54,109 nucleotides of DNA from positions 1-54,109 of the forward strand of contig CAIUQE010000005.1 of assembly GCA_903901225.1 (NCBI GenBank). Direction: 5' to 3'. Made by a program: the position numbers and the translations under genes. This document shows, piece after piece, positions 8,873 to 17,776 of this stretch. The notes beneath the pieces were generated by a model. That model did not search any database. It saw only the letters and a list, made by a program, of their open reading frames with translations, and was not told the DNA's origin. The DNA is from Candidatus Omnitrophota bacterium. GTDB lineage: Bacteria; Omnitrophota; Gorgyraeia; Zapsychrales; Fredricksoniimonadaceae. The number at the start of each line of letters is the position of its first letter. Within the stretch, counting starts at the first letter, position 1.

Positions 8873-11800
8873 TTAGCGCACAAGGAACGCGCTCGGGTCT
8901 TCCAGTGGCCCGAATGCCGTGATCCTGAAATCAAATCCCCGAAAAAGCTGAAGGAATTGCAACGAACGCGCGACAGGCACGGTGGCCAAACCTGCGGACG
9001 ATGGCGCCGGAGTTGCCCTGAATTCAATATTATTCCGGGTCCCGCTGAGGTCCAATCCGCCGTTCTCAGGTGCCATCAGAACATTATCCCGCGCGGGGCT
9101 TTCCATGGAAGCATCCGCGCCATTTTCTTCCAGCAGCTTCACAGCCTCCTCCATACCCTCTTTCCCCTTGATATGCACCACCCTGGCCGCGCCGTAATGA
9201 GGCAGGACCGGATCATAGGTAAGGTCATCCCCCGCGTCCTTGCGGGCATTAACGAACATCTTGTAAAAAGTCTTAAAACGGTCACGGGCGTCATCGGGGT
9301 CACTGATCCCGTAATACTGCCCGATATCGGCGAAGCTGATCCGCTTGTTAAGATACCCTGTTAAGATCTCATCCTTGGCTTCCAGGAAATTATTAAGGAT
9401 ATCCGTAGTTATGTGCAAATATTTCAGCTGTGCCCACAATTCCGGGTCCTTCTGCAACCCATCCAATACGCTCTCCAGAACACTGACCGCTTTGGGACTA
9501 AAGACCATGACGCCGCTTAACGCGGGGAACTGCCTTAACGCAGGACGGTTCAGGTCGTACTGGTCTTCCAGGTACTTCAACACCTTGTTGCGATACGTCT
9601 TGCCGACGCCGTCTTTTTGAAGCGCCGGGATATCAAGTTTTTCAAGGATCTCGTTGAGCTCGACCCCCTCGGGAGAGAACTTCATCACGAGCAAACCCAA
9701 TGTCTGGAGTTCTTTCTGGTTGACCCAATCCCCCAGAAGATTCACATCATCGCCGGAAAATCTCGGCATGGGGCCGAAATACGCGTCACGGCTGTAAATG
9801 ATAATGTGCCCGCCCCGCGCGCGGCCATCTTCCGGCGCGCGCATGGACCCGGCGGCACGATACCCGTTCACAACTGTCCAATCAAGGATCCTGTCATTCT
9901 GATGGGCATTATTTCCGTGAAAAACAAACATCACGCGCACATCTTCAGGCGCGCGCCCCTTCAGTTCAGGATACTGTTCCAGGAACGCCCCGTCATTCAA
10001 TCTCTCCCGGACCCGCTGCATCGCTTCGAAATAAACATTCCCGCTGCCCTGACGCCGCGGCGCCACCACTTCAACCGGCACATCTTCCCTGAAGATATTT
10101 CCCCGGCGTCCGGGCACATACCGCTTTCCCAGATCATCGGCATACCCTCTATCTTCAGGGACGATCACGACCATATCCACCGAAGGCTTATCAGCAGTGA
10201 TCTCCCGCGTGAGCGCCTGGACGCCTTCCTGCAACGCCGAACGGACAGTTACCGCTTTGCCATCGCCCTGCGCGTCCATTGCGGCCGGTCCCAGCCGTGC
10301 CCCTAACCCGGCATCCAGCTTTTCGGTCACAGCCTTCATGGTCGAGCTCCACGACATCTGCATGATATCAATATGCGGCACCCAGTAGATCATCAGGCTG
10401 ATCATGACAGCGGCGACCCCCGCCAGCGTCAATCCGCTACTGGCCGAAATAATGCCCAGAAAACTCATGACAAGCGCCGCGCTCAACCCCAGGGGGCCTG
10501 AAATGGTGCGCACCCGGCTCCAAAAACTGCGCATCTTGAACTTGTGGCTGGGGGCTGACCTGATGGGCGACAGAAGACTTAAGGCTTTCTGTGTCACTTC
10601 CGACAATATCTTTTTACTTTCCTGCACAACATTCAACTGGGCATCCGACGGATACAATCCGGGCATCAAGGTATTGCCCTGGGCTAAAAGATCCGGCAAT
10701 TCTCCGAAAAGCCTTTTTTCAGAAAGACGCCACTGATATGTATAAAGAAGGACCCAGCGAAAGAACGGATAAACATTGAACCGTTCGGCCCAATGTGAGC
10801 CCGGGAGTTTATAGCTCATCACCTTGTCGATGATCCCCCGATGTTCCAGGACCCGTAAATACACGTGAACATAACTGATCATTTGCGCGAGGACGCGCGC
10901 GTCGCGCGCCAGCAGCTGCCGCTGATGCTCATCCATATCCGGGCTCTTTTTCACGGCATCATCAAGGACATTCAACGTATCAATGGCCAGCAAATTAAAA
11001 TAGCTGAAGGCCGTCTGGTAATGCTCGTTAAGGACAGTGCCTGATGAATTCACTTTTTCCATAAGATCAGGCGTATACGGCGTCATGCGCAGGACCTGGA
11101 ACGCGTTGTTGAGGATATTATTGAACCCGTCAACAATATCTTGCGACGGGACCGCCGCGCCAGCGCCCCGCCATCCATAAGCGATCTCCTGCCACCGGCG
11201 CAGAAAGTCCCCGATCCCGTCATATATGCCATCCCCGGGGATCGTCACAACGGCAGTCGTGCGTGCCGTTGCCGGCGGGACCGTGCCACGCCAGGCCGTC
11301 CATACGTCCTTCCAGCCGCGGGCATGCCCGTTCCCGTTCATGACCTCGACCGAAAATTCACGCCGGAGCGCCAGGATCAGGTCTTCGACGGAGGCCTTCT
11401 TCAGAAAAGACTTGTTGTTCCATCTCTTGAAAAAGAACACCGGCAAAAATATGACGCTGCCCCACAGGAGCAATTTGTTCATGAGGGGCATGGACGACAC
11501 ACTCTGGTCGTTATGGGCAATATCATCGGCAAACGCGTCCCTCCAATAAATGATGTCCTTCGCCAGCGCCCGTACTTCCCCGGCGCCGCGCTCTTGCACG
11601 CTGTCAAGATAACGCCCCACATCGCGGGGATCCGCGGCGGAGTTGATCCTCTGTTCCAGCGCGTCGATGAGCGCCAATTCGCCCTGCTTGTACGTATGCT
11701 GCAATCCCAGAAAATCGTTAAGAATGCCCTGGCGATACGGCTCGGTCTGCTTCAGGAGGGCCAAAGCCAGCCGCGTCGCCTCAACATTGATCTGGGCCTG

Positions 11801-14800
11801 GCGCATGTTACCCTGGCGGGGATCATCGGCCGTCCTCAACTCGGCGAAGGTGTACGTCTTCAGGCGGATATTCAGCGGCCAATCCTCTCCCAGATGCCGG
11901 GACATCTTTAAAAGGGCTTGACGCAAAATTCCGGTCGCGACCGGGTCTGGAACATCCCGCACATCTTTGGTCAAAAGATCGCTCCATTCGCCGCGGGCTT
12001 CAACAAGCGCGCATAATTCCGGGTCATCCGATGCCGCATAAACCTGCAGGGCCAGGATACGGCCTTGCGGCGTCGTCATCAGCCTGTCGAGGGCCATCCC
12101 TCTCAGGTCTGTCGGCAACGCGAATATCCGCCCCAGCTCCGGAATATCCTTCGTCTGAGAAATATAATTTTTCCGGGCATCAAGGCCAAGCCCGTTGAAA
12201 TAGGCCAGCAAAGGCGCATCATCAACGGAAGTCGCGGGAATATCGTACAATACCGGCGTCCTGGAAACCCCGGCAGCGAGGACGGCTCCCGCGCCTTCCC
12301 TGGCCCTGTCGGACAACCAGGCCGGGAGATGTTTTTCCACATCGCGCCACACGGGTGCTGACGCGAGGAACCGCGCATTGATGTTTTTCAAGCCTTCACC
12401 AAGCATGAAATACGCGTGAATATCTTTTTTTGTGAACAAGGGTGAAACTTTTTCATAGGAACCCCGGTTGATGTCTTCAATGCCGCGCAGGGCTTCCCGG
12501 CGGACGATCTCGTCGTAAACAAGTTGTCGTAAACTGACACTGCGGGCGTCCCGGGCTGTTTTCAGGGAGCTGTGGATCTCGCCCAGCTGGTCCGTGGTCC
12601 AGTAGTCGCTGCGCAACAACCGTATGCCGGCGATCGAGCCTTCCCCCGCCCAGGACAGGAACGTCACCATGACCCTTCGCGCCGCCTCCGGAGAAACGCG
12701 TGTGGCCGAGCCTCCCGCGGCGGATGAATAATTCAATTCGGATAGCCGTTTGATCCCGGCCGGATCCTGGGAAAAGATATCGCTCAAACCCTGAAACCCC
12801 CACGCGACAAGAGTAAATTTCTTTTGCCGGATGGCCTCGTCAATGACGCGCACAAAGAATCGGACATCGCCGCCATCCCTGCCGGCCATATACAAAAGAA
12901 GTCTCTGCTGGACATCGGGATACGCGGAATTCAGGACAGCCTGCTCGACAATACCGGTGAATTTCCGATCATGCCTTCCTTCCTGTAAAAGGAAGTCCAG
13001 CGTTTGCTGGCGCACGATCTCATTAGGTTCCTGCGTAAGGATCCTCAGCGTTTCATCGGACAACCCGTCCGATCCCGCGATGAATGCCAGCGCAGCACCA
13101 CCGGACTTGATGTCATTCTCATACGTGACAGATCCGGGTGTAAAGAACCCGTCGCTGGGTGGTGTAACGACCCGCGCCATATGGCCCTGGAGGGGCGCAA
13201 TGGCAGGTTCAACCGGTCTTTGTGCTTTCCTGGGACGATGATCAACCACCGCCTGCGGTGAACCCACCGCCTCTCTGACCGCGGTGACCGTGTCATTGAT
13301 GACCGGCATCTGTTTCTGGGGCGCCGGCACTGGTTCCTCCACTACTGGCTCGCGCTTGCCCCCCATGTTATTTTTTACGACCCAATCTTTAACCTGCACA
13401 GATGCCTTGAAATATTTCGCTTTAAGATCATCCAGCTTGAGGGCGAGCTCCGTAACTTTCGCGCGCTCATGGACCAGCTGATCCGGACGAAAAAGATCCG
13501 ACTGCCGCAGGCTGTTCTCCCAGGCCTGACGGGCAGAATAATAGGCCGCTGTCTGCACCCTGATCTGCCGGCTCAACGCATCCATCTCCGCAACCGCCCG
13601 CGCTTCCGCAATGGACATATCCTGCAATTCCCAGGAACGGGGATTAAAAGCGCCTCTCTTGTCGATATACACACGCGGGAAATTGCCTTCCCATGGGTAC
13701 TGAAAAACTTTCTTTTCGTTTAAAGGCCATCCCATACTATCCATGAGATAGTTCTTATTGCGCTGTGCATCAGCCAGCTTTTGGCGCGCGTCCTGGATCT
13801 GCTGGTCCAGCGTATTCTTTGCGGACGTAAGCGCAAAGCCTGCCGCCTCCCTCGCCGCAAGCCCGGTACCGGCACTCTCGAGATCAGCCACCAGCTTCGT
13901 CCATTGATCAATATCACGCCTGGCTTTTTCGATATCGACTTTCAGGGCCGTTGACGGCGTGAATTCTTCAGGCATGCCCTTAAAGAAGGCAACGCTTGAC
14001 GCCGACGGCGCCTGGGGCAATGCCACCGGCGGTGTGAGCGGGACGGCATTGACCGGTGATGCCGCAACATTTTGAGATTGCGTAACAGGCTGTGCAGGCA
14101 GCAACGGTGGAACAACCCTTCTCCTGGGTGGCTCTGACCCTGCCGCTGACATCTTCACAGCCCTGGTGCGTGGCACGGGCGATTTCAATGCCGGCCCGAA
14201 CTTCTTGAGGACAAACTGCTTTTCGGCATCGGTGAGCACAATGACCGTGACCGGCATATTGGTCCCCAAAAAATGATGGGGGTCATTAGCCGTAACCTCG
14301 ATCGCCTGGACCGCCCCCAGATTCCTGTCCCGGCTTATGGGGTTTTTATTGATGTTCGTGACGGTCCCCGTAACATTTTTCCCAAAAGCCCGCAGCAGGA
14401 CGGGATCGCCCATTCTGATATCAAGCGCGCGGGGCAGAAGGATCGCGGCGTTCATATTGGTCATATCCCCGACACGGACTGGGCCCTTCAGCGATAGGAT
14501 GGTGTCACCGGGGCCGAAGGAACGCTGGGTCGATATCCCCGTGACAATGCCCGCGCAAGGCGCGGTGATGTTGGAACGGCTGATCACGGCGCCAAGCCCG
14601 CCGAGGCGCGCCCCCAACGACGCTTTTTCTTTCTCCAGCGCCACCATTTGATCGGCGGAAATATAATGGACCCCGTCTCTCGGGGCAAAGCGCTGGAGCT
14701 GGGCACTCACGCGGTCATACTGGGCCCGTGTCGCGCCGTATTCCCCCTGGGCGCCCGGCTGGCTGGCGAGCAACTGGCCGGCTTTTACCAACTGGCCTTC

Positions 14801-17488
14801 CGTAACAAAGAATTTCACCGCGCCAAGGGCCGGCGCCACAACGGGTGACTCTTGCGCCACGCCGACAACAGCGCTCGTTTGCGCCACCCCGATCACCGTG
14901 CCCAGATCAACCTCCGATGCTGATGACGGGAACGCGACGCGCACATCATGGGCGGATCCGGCCTCGATGTTCAGCGATGTGGTGACAAGGAACGTGACAA
15001 CCGCCTCGGTCCGCTTCAAGGGATCCACGCGACAGGCCACGCTGACGATCCCGGTCACAGGCTTGCCATCGATCGTGACGCGAACGCGGCTAAAGTCTGT
15101 TTGCGTCACGGGCATCCTCACGCTGAAACCTGCCCTCTGCCCGGAAAGATAATTGACCAGAGGCATGCCTTTCGCGACCGTCTGCCCGTTAGCAACAATA
15201 AAATTCTTAACCGACAAGTTACAGGGCGCGTAAATGGCACCCGCCTGCTGCGCCTGCAGGAGCGGGGCCAATTGCCGGGAAATATTCGCGACGTCCGTAT
15301 TAACAGCGTCGATCTCGGCCATGGTCGCGGCTTGCTGGCCCTGCAAAGACTTCAACATGGCCAGCCGCTGCCGGGCCATGGCGAGCTGCTGCCTTAGCCC
15401 GCCCATTTGAGGATCGATCGCGGGATCCACCAGCCTGAACATGAACGCACCTTCCCGATATTCTTTCTTATTCGGGTTCAAACCCGTGACAATACCGCCC
15501 GTCGGGGACTTGAGCGGTATCTCGTTGAGCTCGAACGTTGTCCGGATCGACAGTTCATACCCCTTCTTATCCGTTGAAGGTGGCGTGGGTCTCGCCGGTG
15601 CTGGCGCAAGCGCCGGCAAGGACTTGGACGGCTCAGCCTTCACGGGCGCAGGCGCGGGGACTTTGGACGCTGCCTTTTGGCGCACAGCTTCTTGCACCTG
15701 CTTCTGAAATAATGGCGGGGCCTCTTGCTGTTTCATTGGAGCCGTGGCTTTGGTTTCAAGCACATTCCCGGCAGGTGATGCCTCCGTTATTGCCGCTGGA
15801 GGCGCGACCTTCTGTTGTGGCGCCATCCGTGCTTCGAGCGCGCGACGAGTTTCCGATCCCAGCTTCCCGTCTTCCCTGAGCCCCAGGGCTCTTTGCGCCA
15901 CCACGATCACCGCTTCCTGTTGCCAGCCCATGCTCGAAGGTGAAAAAACAGCGTCCCAATGCTGGTGGAGATTTTTCCAGTCAAAATCATACGCCCTCCC
16001 GCTCGACGGGTTTACCTTACCCTGGATATCCCTCACCGCATCCTGGCTCAGGAACCCTTTCATCAAAGAAAAATACTTCTGATCCTGCGCCGGGATCATA
16101 TCGCCCCGACTCACAATATTTCCGGATACCGCGACCGGCCTCTCCGGCCTGGTTAGTCCGGTTGGCCCGGCAACGCTGGTGACCGACGCCGGCTGGGCGT
16201 AAGCGGTATTCTGAACACCGGTAAAGGACGCGGGAGGCGCCAATAATCCAGCGGCAAGAACAAGACTGTACAGGGCTTTGCGGGACATCCCCCGCGATGC
16301 CAGGGAAATCGTAAAACTGTAAAATTTGCTACCCAGGCGCCCCATCAGCTCGCGCAAGTCCGTTAAAGACGGTATCGACCGGTACTCAACGCTCTGGGCC
16401 GCGTCCTTGAATGAAAACCCGCCTGAAAAATAACGGCGCGGGACCATCTGCCGTTCCGTCGGGTCATAATCCTCGCGGATAACATCGTAGACACCTTTTT
16501 TCAACGCCAGCATGTACTGCGCGTAGATCTTCCGGCTGACCTCGCGGTCTTCGTCCTGGATACCGGAAAGCTTTCTCTGGTCCGTATATATCCGGTTAAT
16601 GATATTGTCCTGAAGCTTGCGTTTGAACCAGATGGCCAGGACCAGGGAATTGAACATCTGCCGCAGGCTGGCAAAATACTGGCCCTCATTCACTTCCCGT
16701 TCAAGCTCCGGGATAATGATCTCACGCGCGATGGACAAATAAAGTTTATTGGCTGGCCCGACAGACTCCGGCGCGGCGGGGCCGTCCGTCATCCCCTTTT
16801 TCATGGTCATGTAATCCGCGTCGAGCATCACCTTGAGCCGGCTTTCCGATATGAAGGCCGCGCCTTTTTGTTCATAGACAACAGCTTTCTGGGGAACCAC
16901 CCAAACCTTGCTGATCGTGTCCAACGGCACATCGACACTGCCGTATTCTTTTCTGATCTTCGCGTAGACCCGCTCCCAGAACGTCTTGCCCGGCTCCCGG
17001 TCAGGGAACGTCATGGACGCGGCCAGCTGTTTGAGCAGATAATCTTCCCGGAGCATGTCCCCGCCCGCGGCGGTCCCGCTCAGGGACTTATTAACGATAC
17101 GGTCAGGTTCGGTGGGCGAAAGGTTGACCCAGAGGTCTTCTTCAGGGATGGTCAGGAATGTCAGGAAATAGCGGGTCAACCGGCTGGATCCTTCCTGGTC
17201 CACGCGCCCGTGATCACCGGCATCGACGAGAAAGTTGATCTTCAAAGGATCCGCGGGATCAAGGGCTATGCCTTTGAGGACCGGCAGGGAACCCACGGGC
17301 GAAGCGGTCAACACAACACCAGGGGGAGGTTCCACGATCACGCTTTGGGCCCGCGCCTCCCGCACCCGCAACAGATCAGGCCCGATCAGCTCACTGCCAA
17401 AGACAAGCACCAGCAACCAGCAGGCGCAGCGAAACCATGCCTGCCGCTGTAAACCGGATAAACTTCCTTTGAAGCTGGAACGCAACAT
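8873..17488 (-). CDS. Giant (2871 aa) multidomain envelope protein, Omnitrophota-giant-protein-like
   Basis: Uninterrupted 8.6-kb ORF with SD-like AAAGGAAAC upstream. By eye: signal peptide, conserved-looking N-terminal domain, internal signal-like segment, PG-binding motif, two HlyD-like units, coiled coils, HEAT-like region, 3 TM helices, nucleotidyltransferase-like domain, GGLDL C-terminal motif. Confidence 0.85.
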   Translation of the reverse strand: MLRSSFKGSLSGLQRQAWFRCACWLLVLVFGSELIGPDLLRVREARAQSVIVEPPPGVVLTASPVGSLPVLKGIALDPADPLKINFLVDAGDHGRVDQEGSSRLTRYFLTFLTIPEEDLWVNLSPTEPDRIVNKSLSGTAAGGDMLREDYLLKQLAASMTFPDREPGKTFWERVYAKIRKEYGSVDVPLDTISKVWVVPQKAVVYEQKGAAFISESRLKVMLDADYMTMKKGMTDGPAAPESVGPANKLYLSIAREIIIPELEREVNEGQYFASLRQMFNSLVLAIWFKRKLQDNIINRIYTDQRKLSGIQDEDREVSRKIYAQYMLALKKGVYDVIREDYDPTERQMVPRRYFSGGFSFKDAAQSVEYRSIPSLTDLRELMGRLGSKFYSFTISLASRGMSRKALYSLVLAAGLLAPPASFTGVQNTAYAQPASVTSVAGPTGLTRPERPVAVSGNIVSRGDMIPAQDQKYFSLMKGFLSQDAVRDIQGKVNPSSGRAYDFDWKNLHQHWDAVFSPSSMGWQQEAVIVVAQRALGLREDGKLGSETRRALEARMAPQQKVAPPAAITEASPAGNVLETKATAPMKQQEAPPLFQKQVQEAVRQKAASKVPAPAPVKAEPSKSLPALAPAPARPTPPSTDKKGYELSIRTTFELNEIPLKSPTGGIVTGLNPNKKEYREGAFMFRLVDPAIDPQMGGLRQQLAMARQRLAMLKSLQGQQAATMAEIDAVNTDVANISRQLAPLLQAQQAGAIYAPCNLSVKNFIVANGQTVAKGMPLVNYLSGQRAGFSVRMPVTQTDFSRVRVTIDGKPVTGIVSVACRVDPLKRTEAVVTFLVTTSLNIEAGSAHDVRVAFPSSASEVDLGTVIGVAQTSAVVGVAQESPVVAPALGAVKFFVTEGQLVKAGQLLASQPGAQGEYGATRAQYDRVSAQLQRFAPRDGVHYISADQMVALEKEKASLGARLGGLGAVISRSNITAPCAGIVTGISTQRSFGPGDTILSLKGPVRVGDMTNMNAAILLPRALDIRMGDPVLLRAFGKNVTGTVTNINKNPISRDRNLGAVQAIEVTANDPHHFLGTNMPVTVIVLTDAEKQFVLKKFGPALKSPVPRTRAVKMSAAGSEPPRRRVVPPLLPAQPVTQSQNVAASPVNAVPLTPPVALPQAPSASSVAFFKGMPEEFTPSTALKVDIEKARRDIDQWTKLVADLESAGTGLAAREAAGFALTSAKNTLDQQIQDARQKLADAQRNKNYLMDSMGWPLNEKKVFQYPWEGNFPRVYIDKRGAFNPRSWELQDMSIAEARAVAEMDALSRQIRVQTAAYYSARQAWENSLRQSDLFRPDQLVHERAKVTELALKLDDLKAKYFKASVQVKDWVVKNNMGGKREPVVEEPVPAPQKQMPVINDTVTAVREAVGSPQAVVDHRPRKAQRPVEPAIAPLQGHMARVVTPPSDGFFTPGSVTYENDIKSGGAALAFIAGSDGLSDETLRILTQEPNEIVRQQTLDFLLQEGRHDRKFTGIVEQAVLNSAYPDVQQRLLLYMAGRDGGDVRFFVRVIDEAIRQKKFTLVAWGFQGLSDIFSQDPAGIKRLSELNYSSAAGGSATRVSPEAARRVMVTFLSWAGEGSIAGIRLLRSDYWTTDQLGEIHSSLKTARDARSVSLRQLVYDEIVRREALRGIEDINRGSYEKVSPLFTKKDIHAYFMLGEGLKNINARFLASAPVWRDVEKHLPAWLSDRAREGAGAVLAAGVSRTPVLYDIPATSVDDAPLLAYFNGLGLDARKNYISQTKDIPELGRIFALPTDLRGMALDRLMTTPQGRILALQVYAASDDPELCALVEARGEWSDLLTKDVRDVPDPVATGILRQALLKMSRHLGEDWPLNIRLKTYTFAELRTADDPRQGNMRQAQINVEATRLALALLKQTEPYRQGILNDFLGLQHTYKQGELALIDALEQRINSAADPRDVGRYLDSVQERGAGEVRALAKDIIYWRDAFADDIAHNDQSVSSMPLMNKLLLWGSVIFLPVFFFKRWNNKSFLKKASVEDLILALRREFSVEVMNGNGHARGWKDVWTAWRGTVPPATARTTAVVTIPGDGIYDGIGDFLRRWQEIAYGWRGAGAAVPSQDIVDGFNNILNNAFQVLRMTPYTPDLMEKVNSSGTVLNEHYQTAFSYFNLLAIDTLNVLDDAVKKSPDMDEHQRQLLARDARVLAQMISYVHVYLRVLEHRGIIDKVMSYKLPGSHWAERFNVYPFFRWVLLYTYQWRLSEKRLFGELPDLLAQGNTLMPGLYPSDAQLNVVQESKKILSEVTQKALSLLSPIRSAPSHKFKMRSFWSRVRTISGPLGLSAALVMSFLGIISASSGLTLAGVAAVMISLMIYWVPHIDIMQMSWSSTMKAVTEKLDAGLGARLGPAAMDAQGDGKAVTVRSALQEGVQALTREITADKPSVDMVVIVPEDRGYADDLGKRYVPGRRGNIFREDVPVEVVAPRRQGSGNVYFEAMQRVRERLNDGAFLEQYPELKGRAPEDVRVMFVFHGNNAHQNDRILDWTVVNGYRAAGSMRAPEDGRARGGHIIIYSRDAYFGPMPRFSGDDVNLLGDWVNQKELQTLGLLVMKFSPEGVELNEILEKLDIPALQKDGVGKTYRNKVLKYLEDQYDLNRPALRQFPALSGVMVFSPKAVSVLESVLDGLQKDPELWAQLKYLHITTDILNNFLEAKDEILTGYLNKRISFADIGQYYGISDPDDARDRFKTFYKMFVNARKDAGDDLTYDPVLPHYGAARVVHIKGKEGMEEAVKLLEENGADASMESPARDNVLMAPENGGLDLSGTRNNIEFRATPAPSSAGLATVPVARSLQFLQLFRGFDFRITAFGPLEDPSAFLVR

Positions 17489-17543
17489 GTTTCCTTTCCG
17501 CAGGAACAGAACGCAGTCGAATCAAACATTTTCTGTTAAGCGA

Positions 17544-17599
17544 AATATAACATGGGCGTGGGGACGAAAAGTTACAGGGGTGTGAACTCTGTGTGAACT
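17544..17599 (-). promoter_or_regulatory. Putative Pho-box promoter of the giant gene
   Basis: Minus strand reads GTTCACACAGA GTTCACACCCC, then -10 TATATT at 17549-17544. Same repeat and same 30-nt repeat-to--10 spacing as 5934-5989. Confidence 0.7.
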
Positions 17600-17651
17600 A
17601 TTGTCAAGAATGTCAAATAATGACAGTTAATTCAAGTAATCGAGCTTTTGA

Positions 17652-17773
17652 ACATGTTTAACGCCCCATTGTTTTCGCCGCGCCAAGCGCCAGGTACCCT
17701 TCCGCCTGGAGCGAAGTGAAGCCGGAAGGGTGGCGCGTTAAGGCAGGCGAAAAGTTTCAGGCGCTAAACATGT
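17652..17773 (+). mobile_element. 122-bp MITE-like element, copy 1
   Basis: Terminal inverted repeats ACATGTTTAACGCC / GGCGCTAAACATGT and an internal CCCTTCCG...CCGGAAGGG hairpin. A homologous inverted copy lies at 27575-27696. Confidence 0.75.
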
Positions 17774-17776
17774 ATT

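Noticed and set aside
17652-17773. Structured element as a riboswitch or ncRNA
   Set aside because: It lies 3' of sir and outside the giant gene promoter, the second copy is upstream of both -35 boxes, and terminal inverted repeats fit a MITE better. No SAM-riboswitch consensus is visible.
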